Part shown: positions 17,444 to 26,865 of the stretch, in pieces
How the letters are laid out: each line of letters opens with the position of its first letter
How positions within the stretch are numbered: the stretch's first letter is position 1
From: Candidatus Latescibacterota bacterium
Lineage (GTDB): Bacteria; Latescibacterota; UBA2968; GCA-2709665
DNA length: 64,000 nt
NCBI GenBank assembly: GCA_965116875.1
Contig: OZ220733.1
Location: forward strand, 2,176,001 to 2,240,000
Direction: 5' to 3'
Made by a program: the position numbers and the translations under genes
The notes under the pieces: generated by a model
Seen by the model: the letters and a program-made list of their open reading frames with translations, nothing else
What the model was told of the DNA's origin: nothing
Databases searched by the model: none

Positions 17444-20131
17444 ATGATGCGCCCACTTGTCATCTGGTTCACGCACATCTTCTTCGTATCCATATTGGCC
17501 GTAACTGTACAGGCGGAAGAAGCCAAACCCGACACCACAGCGGCGGATACCGCGAAAGTCAAGGCCAAAGAGGCAAAGGCGGATACGACCGCGAAAAAAG
17601 ACAAGAAGAAGAAAAAGAAGACCTTCAAGGAAGTCACGAAGGAATTCGAAGTCGTCCCGGGTCTCTTTACGTTCTACCGAAAGGACGACGAAGCCAAAAT
17701 CTACATGGAGATCAGGCCCAGACAGTTCGACAGGCTCTTTCTATGCGCCGTTACCCGTGAGGCGGCAGACGGTTATTTCTTCGACGCAACGGCCCTGATT
17801 CCCAGCTTTATGAACTACGGCTTCCCCTTCATTCTCAAACGCGTTGGCAAGAACGTGCAGTTCCTGCACAAAAACCTCTACTTCCGGGCGGATGAAAATA
17901 TGCCGATCGCCGGCGCGGTGGAGCGCAGCGTCACCAATTCCATCCTGAGCGTTGCGAAAATCGTGGACAGCCAGCCCCACCCGGAAAGGAAGAGCATCCT
18001 TGTGGACGCAGGCGGCTTCTTCCTGCAGGACCTGGCAATGGTGGCGGCCGCGTTCAGAGATCGAAAGGCGAAGTACCGTTTCGACGGCAAGAACAGCTAC
18101 TTCGGCAAGGTGAAGTCCTTTCCGCTGAACACCGAGATCGAGGTCGTCCTTCACTTCAACACCTCCAACCCCGAGTTCGCGGCGTACACCTTCCCCGACC
18201 CCCGCAGTTTTCAGCATGTCTATCACTTCAGCCTTTCAACCCTGCCCCGGACGAGTTATCAACCCCGGCTGGGCGACGACAGGGTGGGCCACTTTCTCAC
18301 CATGTACCAGGACTACAGCACAGTTCAGAAGGAGACGCCCTACAAACGTTACGTGGAGCGGTGGCATCTGGAGAAGGAGAATCCGCGGGCAAGGCTCTCG
18401 AAACCGAAGAAGCCGATCGTCTTCTGGCTGGAAAAGACGGTACCCGTAGAATACAGGGAAGCGTTGAAAAAAGGCCTCCTGATGTGGAATGCTGCCTTCG
18501 AGCGCATCGGCTTCAAGGACGCGATCGTCGTCAAGCAGCAACCGGACGACGCGGAATGGGATGCCGCCGACGCGCGTTACAACATGGTCCGCTGGTTTGT
18601 GAATCCGCGAAGGGTATATGCCCAGGGGCCCTCCCGCGCCAATCCGCTCACGGGCGAACTGTTCCACGCGAGCATCCGCTTCAGCGCCGATTTTCCGCGT
18701 TCGATTTTCCGCGAATACGAGGAATTCGTGGATCCCTTGTCCGATTCCGGCGAACCGTTTCCAGAACAGGTTCGAACGCGGGACTATTCGCGGGGATTCT
18801 GCGACTATGCGGAAGGCGCCGCCCACCAGGCCGCGTTTACCGGGAACCTGCTGGCGGCCCGCGGAGAAATCGACCTTGCCGGGAAGGACGGCCAGAAATT
18901 CATCAACGAATATCTGACGATGATCGCGGCGCACGAAATGGGGCACACCCTGGGCCTGCGCCATAATTTCAGGGCAAGCACGCTGCATCCCACGGACCGC
19001 CTCCAGGACAAAGAGACCGTGAAGGACGTATCCAGTTCGGTGATGGATTACCTGCCTCCCAATATCGCGCCGGAAGGAGAGCCGCAGGGGCACTTCTTCC
19101 CCACCACACTCGGTCCCTACGACCTGTGGGCGATCGAATACGCCTACAGGCCCATCGACGCGGAGAGCCCGGAGGCGGAACTGGAAGAACTGAACGGAAT
19201 CGCCTCCAAAGTCGCGGACCCCAGGGTTGCCTACGGCACGGATGAGGACGCATTCGGCGCGCCCCGGGGCATCGATCCGTCTGTCAATCGATGGGACCTG
19301 GGCGCCGATCCGCTGGCTTTCCACCGGAATCGCATCGGCCTCGCGAAGGAACTCTGGCGAAAGATGGAAGGCGAGTTCGAGGTTCCCGGCAGGCGTTACC
19401 AGAAGCTGCGGAGGGTGTTCGGACAGGGCCTTACGGAATATTTCCTCGCGGCGCGCAACGTGACCAAGTATATCGGCGGCATCTATCACCGGCGCGATCA
19501 CGTGGGCGACCCGGGAAGCCGGCTGCCGTTCGAACCGGTCGAGGCAGCCAGACAGCGGGAGGCGTTCGACTTTCTCAAAACCCACGTTTTCGGACCGGAT
19601 GCCTTCGATTTTTCCCCTGCGCTGATGCGGAAACTCGCCCCTGAACGCCTCTGGGGCTTCACCGGTGCGGTCTGGCGCATGCAACGCCTGGACTACCCGA
19701 TCCACAGCCGGATTCTGAGCATCCAGCGGGGTCCCTTAAGCGCGCTGTACCATCCGCTGCTGCTGGGAAGGCTGCAGGATCTGGAATTCTGGGTGGGTGA
19801 GGACGGTTTCGTCATGACCGAACTCTTCGACGGCCTTCGGCAATCCATCTGGGCGGAACTGGAGACCGCCGCGAACGTAAACAGCTTCCGTCGAAACCTC
19901 CAGCGCCTGCACCTGGACCATGTGGTCGCCCTGGTCGTGAAGCCGCCTCGCGACGCACCGGCCGACGCCACCTCCCTGGCCCGCGCCGACCTCGCTGTCC
20001 TCGCGGCCGCCATCCGGAGCGTCCTTTCCGAGGAGGGTCTGGAACGCCAGACCCGCGCTCACCTGGAAGAGAGCGTCACCCGCATCGATGCCGCTCTCGA
20101 AGCAGGTGTACAGCGCCACCTGGGCGGATAG
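17444..20131 (+). CDS. Secreted zinc-dependent metalloprotease (EcxA-like, DUF5117/DUF4953)
   Basis: Signal peptide; PRLGDDRVGHF; HEMGHTLGLRHNF; Met-turn SVMDY; GPYDLWAIEYAY. Confidence 0.9.
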   Translation: MMRPLVIWFTHIFFVSILAVTVQAEEAKPDTTAADTAKVKAKEAKADTTAKKDKKKKKKTFKEVTKEFEVVPGLFTFYRKDDEAKIYMEIRPRQFDRLFLCAVTREAADGYFFDATALIPSFMNYGFPFILKRVGKNVQFLHKNLYFRADENMPIAGAVERSVTNSILSVAKIVDSQPHPERKSILVDAGGFFLQDLAMVAAAFRDRKAKYRFDGKNSYFGKVKSFPLNTEIEVVLHFNTSNPEFAAYTFPDPRSFQHVYHFSLSTLPRTSYQPRLGDDRVGHFLTMYQDYSTVQKETPYKRYVERWHLEKENPRARLSKPKKPIVFWLEKTVPVEYREALKKGLLMWNAAFERIGFKDAIVVKQQPDDAEWDAADARYNMVRWFVNPRRVYAQGPSRANPLTGELFHASIRFSADFPRSIFREYEEFVDPLSDSGEPFPEQVRTRDYSRGFCDYAEGAAHQAAFTGNLLAARGEIDLAGKDGQKFINEYLTMIAAHEMGHTLGLRHNFRASTLHPTDRLQDKETVKDVSSSVMDYLPPNIAPEGEPQGHFFPTTLGPYDLWAIEYAYRPIDAESPEAELEELNGIASKVADPRVAYGTDEDAFGAPRGIDPSVNRWDLGADPLAFHRNRIGLAKELWRKMEGEFEVPGRRYQKLRRVFGQGLTEYFLAARNVTKYIGGIYHRRDHVGDPGSRLPFEPVEAARQREAFDFLKTHVFGPDAFDFSPALMRKLAPERLWGFTGAVWRMQRLDYPIHSRILSIQRGPLSALYHPLLLGRLQDLEFWVGEDGFVMTELFDGLRQSIWAELETAANVNSFRRNLQRLHLDHVVALVVKPPRDAPADATSLARADLAVLAAAIRSVLSEEGLERQTRAHLEESVTRIDAALEAGVQRHLGG

Positions 20132-20190
20132 AGGCATACTGAGCAGAAGGCGCGCCGCGATTCCATCCCTTGCCGATCAACGGAGCCACA

Positions 20191-21543
20191 ATGCCGAAAC
20201 TGTCCGATATCCGCATCCGCAACGTCGAACTCGACTTCGAAGCATACCCGTACCGCACCCCGCTCAAGTTCGGCGGCGTGGTCACGTCGCACTGCAAGCT
20301 GATGAACGTGACCGTCGACGTTGAAAACAACGCCGGCGGCATGGCATCCGGATTCGGGTCCATGCCCCTGGGGAATGCCTGGTCCTTTCCCTCCCGGTCC
20401 GTCGGTTTCGACGAATCGATGCAGGCGATGGTCCGGCTCGGCGAACGCATGGTCGAGGACACCCGCACGAATCGTGATAGCGGGCATCCGATCGACATCA
20501 TGGCCGACCTGGAATCCCGGTTTCTAAATCTCGCCGTGGAAACCGGATCGGAACTGAACCTGGCGGAACCGATTCCCAAACTCTGCACCCTGGTCACGGC
20601 AAGTCCGATCGATGCCGCGCTGCACGACGCCTACGGCAAGGTCAACGGGATCAACGCGTACGACGGCCTCTCCGCGGAATGGATGAACCGCGATCTGGCC
20701 GGATATCTGAACGACGACTTCAAAGGCGAACACCTGGACCGGTACACCCTGCGCGAACCCAAGCCCCGGATGCCGCTCTACCATCTCGTGGGCGCCCTCG
20801 ATCCACTCTCCAACGCGGACATCGATCATCGGCTCGACGACGGCCTGCCCGAGACCCTTCCGGAGTGGATTCGCGCCGACGGCCTGACCCACCTCAAAGT
20901 CAAACTCAACGGGGATGACCTGGCATGGGACGTGGACCGCGTTTGCGGCATTCACGCCGTCACCGCGCAGACCCAGGCCGAACGCGGCGTTTCGGACTGG
21001 GCCTACTCGCTCGACTTCAACGAACAATGCCGTGACGTGGCCTATCTCCTGGATTTTCTCGCGCAGATTCGGGAGAAGAGCGACGGCGCCTTCGAACGCG
21101 TGGCCTACATCGAGCAGCCCACGGCCCGCGACCTCCGCGCCAACCCGGAGAACAGGATGCACGAAGCCGCCGGAATCCGGCCCGTGGTGATCGATGAGTC
21201 GCTGGAGGACTTCGAGAGTCTGCTGCTCGCCCGTGATCTGGGTTATTCCGGCGTCGCGCTCAAGACCTGCAAGGGACAGTCGCAGGCCCTGCTGATGGGC
21301 GCCGCGGCAGAAAAATACGGCATGTTCCTCTGCGTGCAGGACCTCACGTGCCCGGGGGCCTCGTTCCTTCACTCCGCCGGTCTGGCCGCGCGTGTGCCCG
21401 CGGTTACCGCCATCGAAGGCAACGCACGGCAATACTGTCCTGGCGCCAACGGCGAATGGGCGGACCGCCATCCTTCGGTCTTCAACATAACCGACGGCAC
21501 GGTGGATACATCCGGCCTGACGGGAAACGGACTCGGACATTGA
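20191..21543 (+). CDS. Enolase superfamily (mandelate racemase/MLE-like) protein
   Basis: YRTPLKFGG; KVK catalytic motif; D-x-N (LDFNE), EQP, DES. Confidence 0.85.
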   Translation: MPKLSDIRIRNVELDFEAYPYRTPLKFGGVVTSHCKLMNVTVDVENNAGGMASGFGSMPLGNAWSFPSRSVGFDESMQAMVRLGERMVEDTRTNRDSGHPIDIMADLESRFLNLAVETGSELNLAEPIPKLCTLVTASPIDAALHDAYGKVNGINAYDGLSAEWMNRDLAGYLNDDFKGEHLDRYTLREPKPRMPLYHLVGALDPLSNADIDHRLDDGLPETLPEWIRADGLTHLKVKLNGDDLAWDVDRVCGIHAVTAQTQAERGVSDWAYSLDFNEQCRDVAYLLDFLAQIREKSDGAFERVAYIEQPTARDLRANPENRMHEAAGIRPVVIDESLEDFESLLLARDLGYSGVALKTCKGQSQALLMGAAAEKYGMFLCVQDLTCPGASFLHSAGLAARVPAVTAIEGNARQYCPGANGEWADRHPSVFNITDGTVDTSGLTGNGLGH

Positions 21544-21583
21544 CAAACTCACCGCGCATCCATCGGGCGCGAAGGATTCGCTC

Positions 21584-22594
21584 ATGAAAGCCAGACAGCT
21601 TGTATTTCCGGAATCGATGAAGGTTGAAACCGTCGACGTCGAAATCCGGGACACCCCCGGGCCCGGCGAAGTTCTGGTCGAAAACCTGTACGGCCTGATC
21701 AGCCCCGGCACGGAACTGGCGATGTTCACGCGGACACACGTGGGTTTCACGCGGGAGGACTTCGATTACGCCAGTTTTCCCTTCCACCCCGGCTATGCCT
21801 CTGTGGGCCGCGTCCTCCTTACCGGACGGGACGTGGATGCCGTGCGCGAAGGCGATCTGGTGTACGTGAGGGGGAAGCATGCCTCACATGCCCTCGTGCC
21901 TGCCGGCCGATCTCTTTTGAGACTTCCTGAAGACATGTCGCTCCAGCATGCGCCGTTTGCGGTGATCGCAAAGATCGCGCTCACCGCTGTCCGCCTTTCA
22001 GACGTCCGGCTGGGCCACACGGTCGCCGTGTTCGGGCAGGGCCTGGTCGGCAACCTCGCCGCGCAGCTGATGAATCTGTCAGGCGCCCGCCTGGTGATCG
22101 GAATAGATGCGGTTCCGGAACGGCTCTCCATTTCAAAAAGCTGTGGCATCCACGCCTGCGTCAATCCGGAAGCGGAGGACCTCGCGGACCGCGTCAACGC
22201 AATCACGAACGGCGACGGCTGCCAGATCGTGGTTGAGGCGACGGGCAATCCGGATGTGGCCCCCCAGGCAATCAGGACCGCGGCGCAGATGGGACAGGTT
22301 GTCCTTCTGGGCAGCCCGCGGGGCAGTGCCGAAATCGACCTGTATTTCGACCTTCACCGAACCGGCGTGTCCGTCATAGGCGCGCACGGCTCCAGGCAGA
22401 CCGACGCGTTGCAATTCGGAGATCCTGACCCGGACGAACTCATGCTGGACTTTATTGCCCGCGAACGCCTGAAGATCGCCCCCCTGCTTACCCACGTCCT
22501 GCCCGCCTCGCGTGCCGCCGCGGCCTACCGGGGCCTTCTCGAAGATAAAGGCGCCTTTCTCGGCGTCCTCCTCGACCTTACCCGCTGGGAGTAA
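21584..22594 (+). CDS. MDR / zinc-binding alcohol dehydrogenase-like oxidoreductase
   Basis: ISPGTE, PGY..VG, GQGLVG, VEATG. Confidence 0.85.
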   Translation: MKARQLVFPESMKVETVDVEIRDTPGPGEVLVENLYGLISPGTELAMFTRTHVGFTREDFDYASFPFHPGYASVGRVLLTGRDVDAVREGDLVYVRGKHASHALVPAGRSLLRLPEDMSLQHAPFAVIAKIALTAVRLSDVRLGHTVAVFGQGLVGNLAAQLMNLSGARLVIGIDAVPERLSISKSCGIHACVNPEAEDLADRVNAITNGDGCQIVVEATGNPDVAPQAIRTAAQMGQVVLLGSPRGSAEIDLYFDLHRTGVSVIGAHGSRQTDALQFGDPDPDELMLDFIARERLKIAPLLTHVLPASRAAAAYRGLLEDKGAFLGVLLDLTRWE

Positions 22595-22601
22595 CGCGCG
22601 C

Positions 22602-23885
22602 ATGCGAATCGCCCGCGCCGATCTGGAAATACAGCGCCAACCCTTCGCCAGGCCCTTCGCGTTCAAGGGCGCCGCCTTCCACGAGAAGTGGAACCTGATT
22701 GTACGCCTGATAGAGGAAGACGGTACCGAAGCCGTGGGCGTGGGAGGCACTGCTGTGCTCTGGTCCGACCCCGACGTGTTTTCGAACCACACCGAAGTCG
22801 GCGGCAATATCCTCATGGCCGCGCTCCTGGAATTCGCGCTTCAGCAGGCGGTGGACCGGGAGTTCCCGGACCCGCCCTCCTTGTTGGAGGAGCTCGTGCC
22901 GCATGTGCACGACTACGGCAAAACAGTTACCCGGAACCGCGGACTGCGACTCACCTTTTCGCTGATCGCCCTGGTCGCCCTGGACAATGCCGCATGGATG
23001 TTATATGCGAAGCGTAACGGAATCAGCACGTTCGATCAACTCATACCCGTTACTTACCGACCCTTTCTTGCGGACCGTCAGTCCCATATCGGCCTTGCCC
23101 CGGCCGTTGGCTACGGAATGCCCGTCGAAGAGTTGCAGGCCATCCTGGACACGGACGTCTACATCCTGAAGATCAAGATCGGCCAACCCGGCGCCGAGGA
23201 TGACATGGTCCGGAAGGACATCGAATGGCTCGACCGCATCCATCGCGTGGCCGCGCGATACAGTACGCCGATGACGGATTCAGGAAAAGTCCTCTACTAT
23301 CTCGATGCGAACGCCAGATACGGAAAAAAAGAAACCATGCACCGTCTGCTGGACCACGCCCTCAAGACCGGTTTACACGAGCACATCGTCCTCATCGAGG
23401 AGCCCTTTCGGGAGCCCGATGGTCTCGACGTGGACGACCTGCCGGCCAGGTTTGCGGCCGACGAGAGCGTACAGACGGTGGAGGACGTGGACAGGAGAAC
23501 CAATCAGGGGTACAGCGCCATCGCTATCAAGCCCGCTGGCAAGACCCTTTCGCTCGCGTTCCGGATGGTGCGCGCCGCGGCGGAAGCCGGCGTGCCGAGC
23601 TTCGTGGCCGACAACGGGTGTATTCCCCTCCTCGTCGAGTGGAACAAAAACGTCGCGGCCCGTTTGCCGGGATTCCCGGGTATCCGGGGTGGGCTGATCG
23701 AGTCCAACGGGCCCGAGAACTACGGCAACTGGGCCGACCTGCTCGCCGCGTATCCGATCCCCGACGCCCCATGGCTCACGCCCGAATCGGGCGCATTTGT
23801 CCTGGACGAAGACTACTACCGGCAAAGCGGCGGCATATTCCACGATCCCGTACCCTACTCGTCGATGTTCCGTACCAAAGCCTGA
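22602..23885 (+). CDS. Enolase superfamily protein (Ala-Glu epimerase-like annotation family)
   Basis: PFAFKG; LKIKIG; YLDAN; EEPF; ADES; IKP.GK. Confidence 0.85.
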   Translation: MRIARADLEIQRQPFARPFAFKGAAFHEKWNLIVRLIEEDGTEAVGVGGTAVLWSDPDVFSNHTEVGGNILMAALLEFALQQAVDREFPDPPSLLEELVPHVHDYGKTVTRNRGLRLTFSLIALVALDNAAWMLYAKRNGISTFDQLIPVTYRPFLADRQSHIGLAPAVGYGMPVEELQAILDTDVYILKIKIGQPGAEDDMVRKDIEWLDRIHRVAARYSTPMTDSGKVLYYLDANARYGKKETMHRLLDHALKTGLHEHIVLIEEPFREPDGLDVDDLPARFAADESVQTVEDVDRRTNQGYSAIAIKPAGKTLSLAFRMVRAAAEAGVPSFVADNGCIPLLVEWNKNVAARLPGFPGIRGGLIESNGPENYGNWADLLAAYPIPDAPWLTPESGAFVLDEDYYRQSGGIFHDPVPYSSMFRTKA

Positions 23886-24086
23886 TCCACGATTCCGTCG
23901 TCAGATCCGAACGGCGCATGGAAACGCGACGCACCGGTAATTTTAAAACAGTTGACATGCCCCTTTTGGGCACCCATAACGATGAGAATCGCTGCAATGC
24001 CAGGCTGAATTGCGGTTTTGCGCGATTTGTGACAATTGATGTCAGCCACGAATTTTCCGCGCATTTCGCGATTTTGTCTTTCGCCA

Positions 24087-24230
24087 TTTCGTAGTCTCGT
24101 AGTTTCGTAGTTTCGTAGTCTCGTAGTTTCGTAGTCTCGCAGTTTCGTAGTCTCGTAGTCTCGTAGTTTCGTAGTCTCGCAGTTTCGTAGTCTCGCAGTT
24201 TCGTAGTCTCGTAGTCTCGTCTCTTCGTAG
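24087..24230. repeat. Tandem 8-bp repeat array, 18 units of T(T/C)TCG(T/C)AG
   Basis: Read directly: TTTCGTAG, TCTCGTAG and TCTCGCAG units; the last two units are degenerate. Confidence 0.95.
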
Positions 24231-24259
24231 TTTCCAAGCAGCTTCTTCCGGAGAACGCC

Positions 24260-25897
24260 ATGCAGTCGCCTCATGGTATCGGCCATCACGCTTTTCGTCC
24301 ATCCGTGATGGGGAAAAACGGGCTCGTTGCCTCCGGCCACCCCCTGGCGTCCCAGGCCGGCATCACCACGCTGATGGCCGGCGGAAACGCCATCGACGCC
24401 GCGGTTGCGACGGCCGCGGCGCTGGGCGTGGTCGAACCGGCCGCATCGGGCGTTGGCGGCGACGGCTTTCTTCTCATCTACCGGGCCGATACCGGCGCCG
24501 TTTCCGCCGTCAACGCCACCGGCGCGGCGCCTCGGGCGGCCACTCGGGAATTCTACCTTCAACGCGGCGGAATTCCCATGAGAGGTATTCTGAGCGTCTC
24601 CGTTCCCGGCCTGGTGGACGGCTGGCTGATCGCCCACGAACGCCATGGCCTCCTCGCTCTCGAACAGGTCCTGGAACCGGCCATCTCCCTTTGCGAAGCG
24701 GGATTTCCCGTCAGCCACAAGTTGTCCGGCAGCCTTGCCGCCTGGAGCGGGAACTTCTCCTCGGATCCGTACACCCGCAACGTGTTCACCCGAAACGGCC
24801 TGCCCATCGGACCCGGCGACCTCCTTCGCCAGAGCGACCTGGGCGCCACGCTGCGCCGGGTCGGCGCGGAAGGCCGGGCGGCCCTGTACGAGGGAGACAT
24901 CGCGGAGGCAATCGTTGCATTCAGCCGTTCCAGGGGCGGCCTGCTGACCAAGGAAGACCTGGCGGACCACCACGCCCACTGGTCCGATCCGATTCATACG
25001 ACGTACCGGGGCCATACGGTGTATGAGATGCCGCCCAATTCCAGCGGCCACATCCTGCTCCAGGAGCTCAACATCGTCGAGCGCTTCGATCTGCAATCCC
25101 TTGGCTGCAACACGGCCGAGAGCGTCCATCTGATGGTGGAGGCCAAAAAGCTCGCATTTTCCGACAGGGAAGCCTTTGTCGCCGATCCGGACTGGCTGGA
25201 TATCCCGCTCAGAGGCCTCCTCTCCAAGTCCTACGCCGAACAGCAGGCGCGGCGCATCGACCCCGAGCGTGCAGCCACGGACGTCCCTGCCGGGCGGCCC
25301 GAGTCCCACGAGGACACCACGTGCTTCTGTACGGCGGACCGGTGGGGAAACGCCGTGTGCGTGCTGCAGTCCATCCAGTCCGGGTTCGGCGCCGGCCTGA
25401 TCGCGGGAAACACCGGCATCCTCCTCAATAACCGGATGACGTACTGGCACCTGGAGGAGGACCATCCCAACTGTCTCATGCCCGGGAAACGGGTGCGCCA
25501 CACCATGAACCCGGTCATTGTCACCCGGGACAACAGGGCCGTACTCGTCTGCGGTACGCCTGGCGCGGATACCCAGGTACAGACCAACCTTCAGCTGATC
25601 ACCCATATTCTGGAATTCGGCATGACCCCGCAGGAAGCCGTGGAGGCCCCCCGCTGGCGCAGCCTGCAGAACCCGATGGAGTCCACCGTCCCGCATATCT
25701 GCGAAGACGTCCTTCAACTCGAGGGCAGGTTTTCCGAAGACGTCCGGGAGGGCCTCGCCCGGCGCGGCCACGACCTCCGGGTCCTGGGGGACTGGGACGG
25801 CCCCGGGAGCGCCCAGGCGATCGCCATTCACCCGGAGACCAACACGCTCGTCGGCGGGTCGGATCCGCGCCGGGACGGTTATGCGGCGGCCTGGTGA
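24260..25897 (+). CDS. ggt: Gamma-glutamyltransferase family protein
   Basis: GGNAIDAAVA, VSVPG, PPNS, autoprocessing site EDTT, LNNRM, GTPG, GSDPRRDG. Confidence 0.93.
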   Translation: MQSPHGIGHHAFRPSVMGKNGLVASGHPLASQAGITTLMAGGNAIDAAVATAAALGVVEPAASGVGGDGFLLIYRADTGAVSAVNATGAAPRAATREFYLQRGGIPMRGILSVSVPGLVDGWLIAHERHGLLALEQVLEPAISLCEAGFPVSHKLSGSLAAWSGNFSSDPYTRNVFTRNGLPIGPGDLLRQSDLGATLRRVGAEGRAALYEGDIAEAIVAFSRSRGGLLTKEDLADHHAHWSDPIHTTYRGHTVYEMPPNSSGHILLQELNIVERFDLQSLGCNTAESVHLMVEAKKLAFSDREAFVADPDWLDIPLRGLLSKSYAEQQARRIDPERAATDVPAGRPESHEDTTCFCTADRWGNAVCVLQSIQSGFGAGLIAGNTGILLNNRMTYWHLEEDHPNCLMPGKRVRHTMNPVIVTRDNRAVLVCGTPGADTQVQTNLQLITHILEFGMTPQEAVEAPRWRSLQNPMESTVPHICEDVLQLEGRFSEDVREGLARRGHDLRVLGDWDGPGSAQAIAIHPETNTLVGGSDPRRDGYAAAW

Positions 25898-25926
25898 AAT
25901 CAGGGAGAGGCAAAAGGAATACCCCC

Positions 25927-26736
25927 ATGGGACTCCACGAAGATTACCTGAGTGACGGCTATGCCATCCATCCGCGGCCTGTGATTCCCGAAACGCTTGT
26001 CCGCCGCGCCATGGACGGCATGGATGACGTGCTGGCGGGACGGTACGAGACCGGAATTCCCCCTCAGCCCTCCTATTGGAACCCCGGCGACAACCCGCAC
26101 AAGCTGGGAAAAGTCGAAATGCCCCAACTTGCCAATAGCGCCATTATGGAGCTTGTCAGCCATCCCGCTGTCGGACGGCTCGCAGCGGAAGTCACCGGCG
26201 CGAGGCGGGTACAGGTCTGGTGGGTCCAACTCCTTTCCAAGCCGCCCTTGAGAACGGAATCCGGGACCGGCGTCAGCGTCGGATGGCACCAGGACCGGCA
26301 GTATTGGAAGACCTGGAAGGAGGGCAGCGAATTGTTCACCGCGTGGATCGCCGTTTCCAACGTGAGCGCTGACACCGGCCCCATGGCCTTCGTGAAGGGT
26401 TCGCACAGATGGGGACTGCTCAACCAGGGCGATTTTTACTTCGACGACATCGAGATTCAACGCGAGCAGATCACACTGCCCCCCGGCGAAACGTGGCGTG
26501 AGGAGGAAGCCATCCTTCCGCCGGGGGGCGTCTCGTTCCACCACTGCCTCACCTTCCACGGAAGCCGCCCCAACCGCTCCGGCGCGCCCCGGCGGAGTTT
26601 CGCCATCCACATGCGCACGGAAAACTCGTGCCCCGTCGCCCCGTCGGAAGGTACCCTCGCCCAGTTCATTCACAGGCAAGACCACTGCCCAGTCGTGTAC
26701 GACGCCGATAGACCCGATTTGCCTCCGCTCGGCTGA
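25927..26736 (+). CDS. Phytanoyl-CoA dioxygenase family (2OG-Fe(II))
   Basis: WHQD, TAWIA, GSHRW, FHGS..N, R. Confidence 0.9.
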   Translation: MGLHEDYLSDGYAIHPRPVIPETLVRRAMDGMDDVLAGRYETGIPPQPSYWNPGDNPHKLGKVEMPQLANSAIMELVSHPAVGRLAAEVTGARRVQVWWVQLLSKPPLRTESGTGVSVGWHQDRQYWKTWKEGSELFTAWIAVSNVSADTGPMAFVKGSHRWGLLNQGDFYFDDIEIQREQITLPPGETWREEEAILPPGGVSFHHCLTFHGSRPNRSGAPRRSFAIHMRTENSCPVAPSEGTLAQFIHRQDHCPVVYDADRPDLPPLG

Positions 26737-26767
26737 CGCGCCGTTGCGCCATCCCCCCTATGCAAAT

Positions 26768-26812
26768 GAAAAAAACGCAACGGCAATACATCCTGCCGTT
26801 GCGTTTTCTTTC
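26768..26812. terminator. Bidirectional rho-independent terminator
   Basis: AAAACGCAACGGCA-loop-TGCCGTTGCGTTTT between convergent genes. Confidence 0.8.
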
Positions 26813-26865
26813 AGTTCCGTGAGAACCGGCGCGGCGGTCCGGCTCGCGCCAGTCTCATTCCCGTT

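Noticed and set aside
24087-24230. Possible CRISPR array
   Set aside because: Contiguous 8-bp units with no unique spacers, and no cas genes in the window.
23776-24302. Minus-strand ORFs encoding LRDYETTK repeats
   Set aside because: By-product of the octamer array lacking stops on that strand; they overlap real genes.
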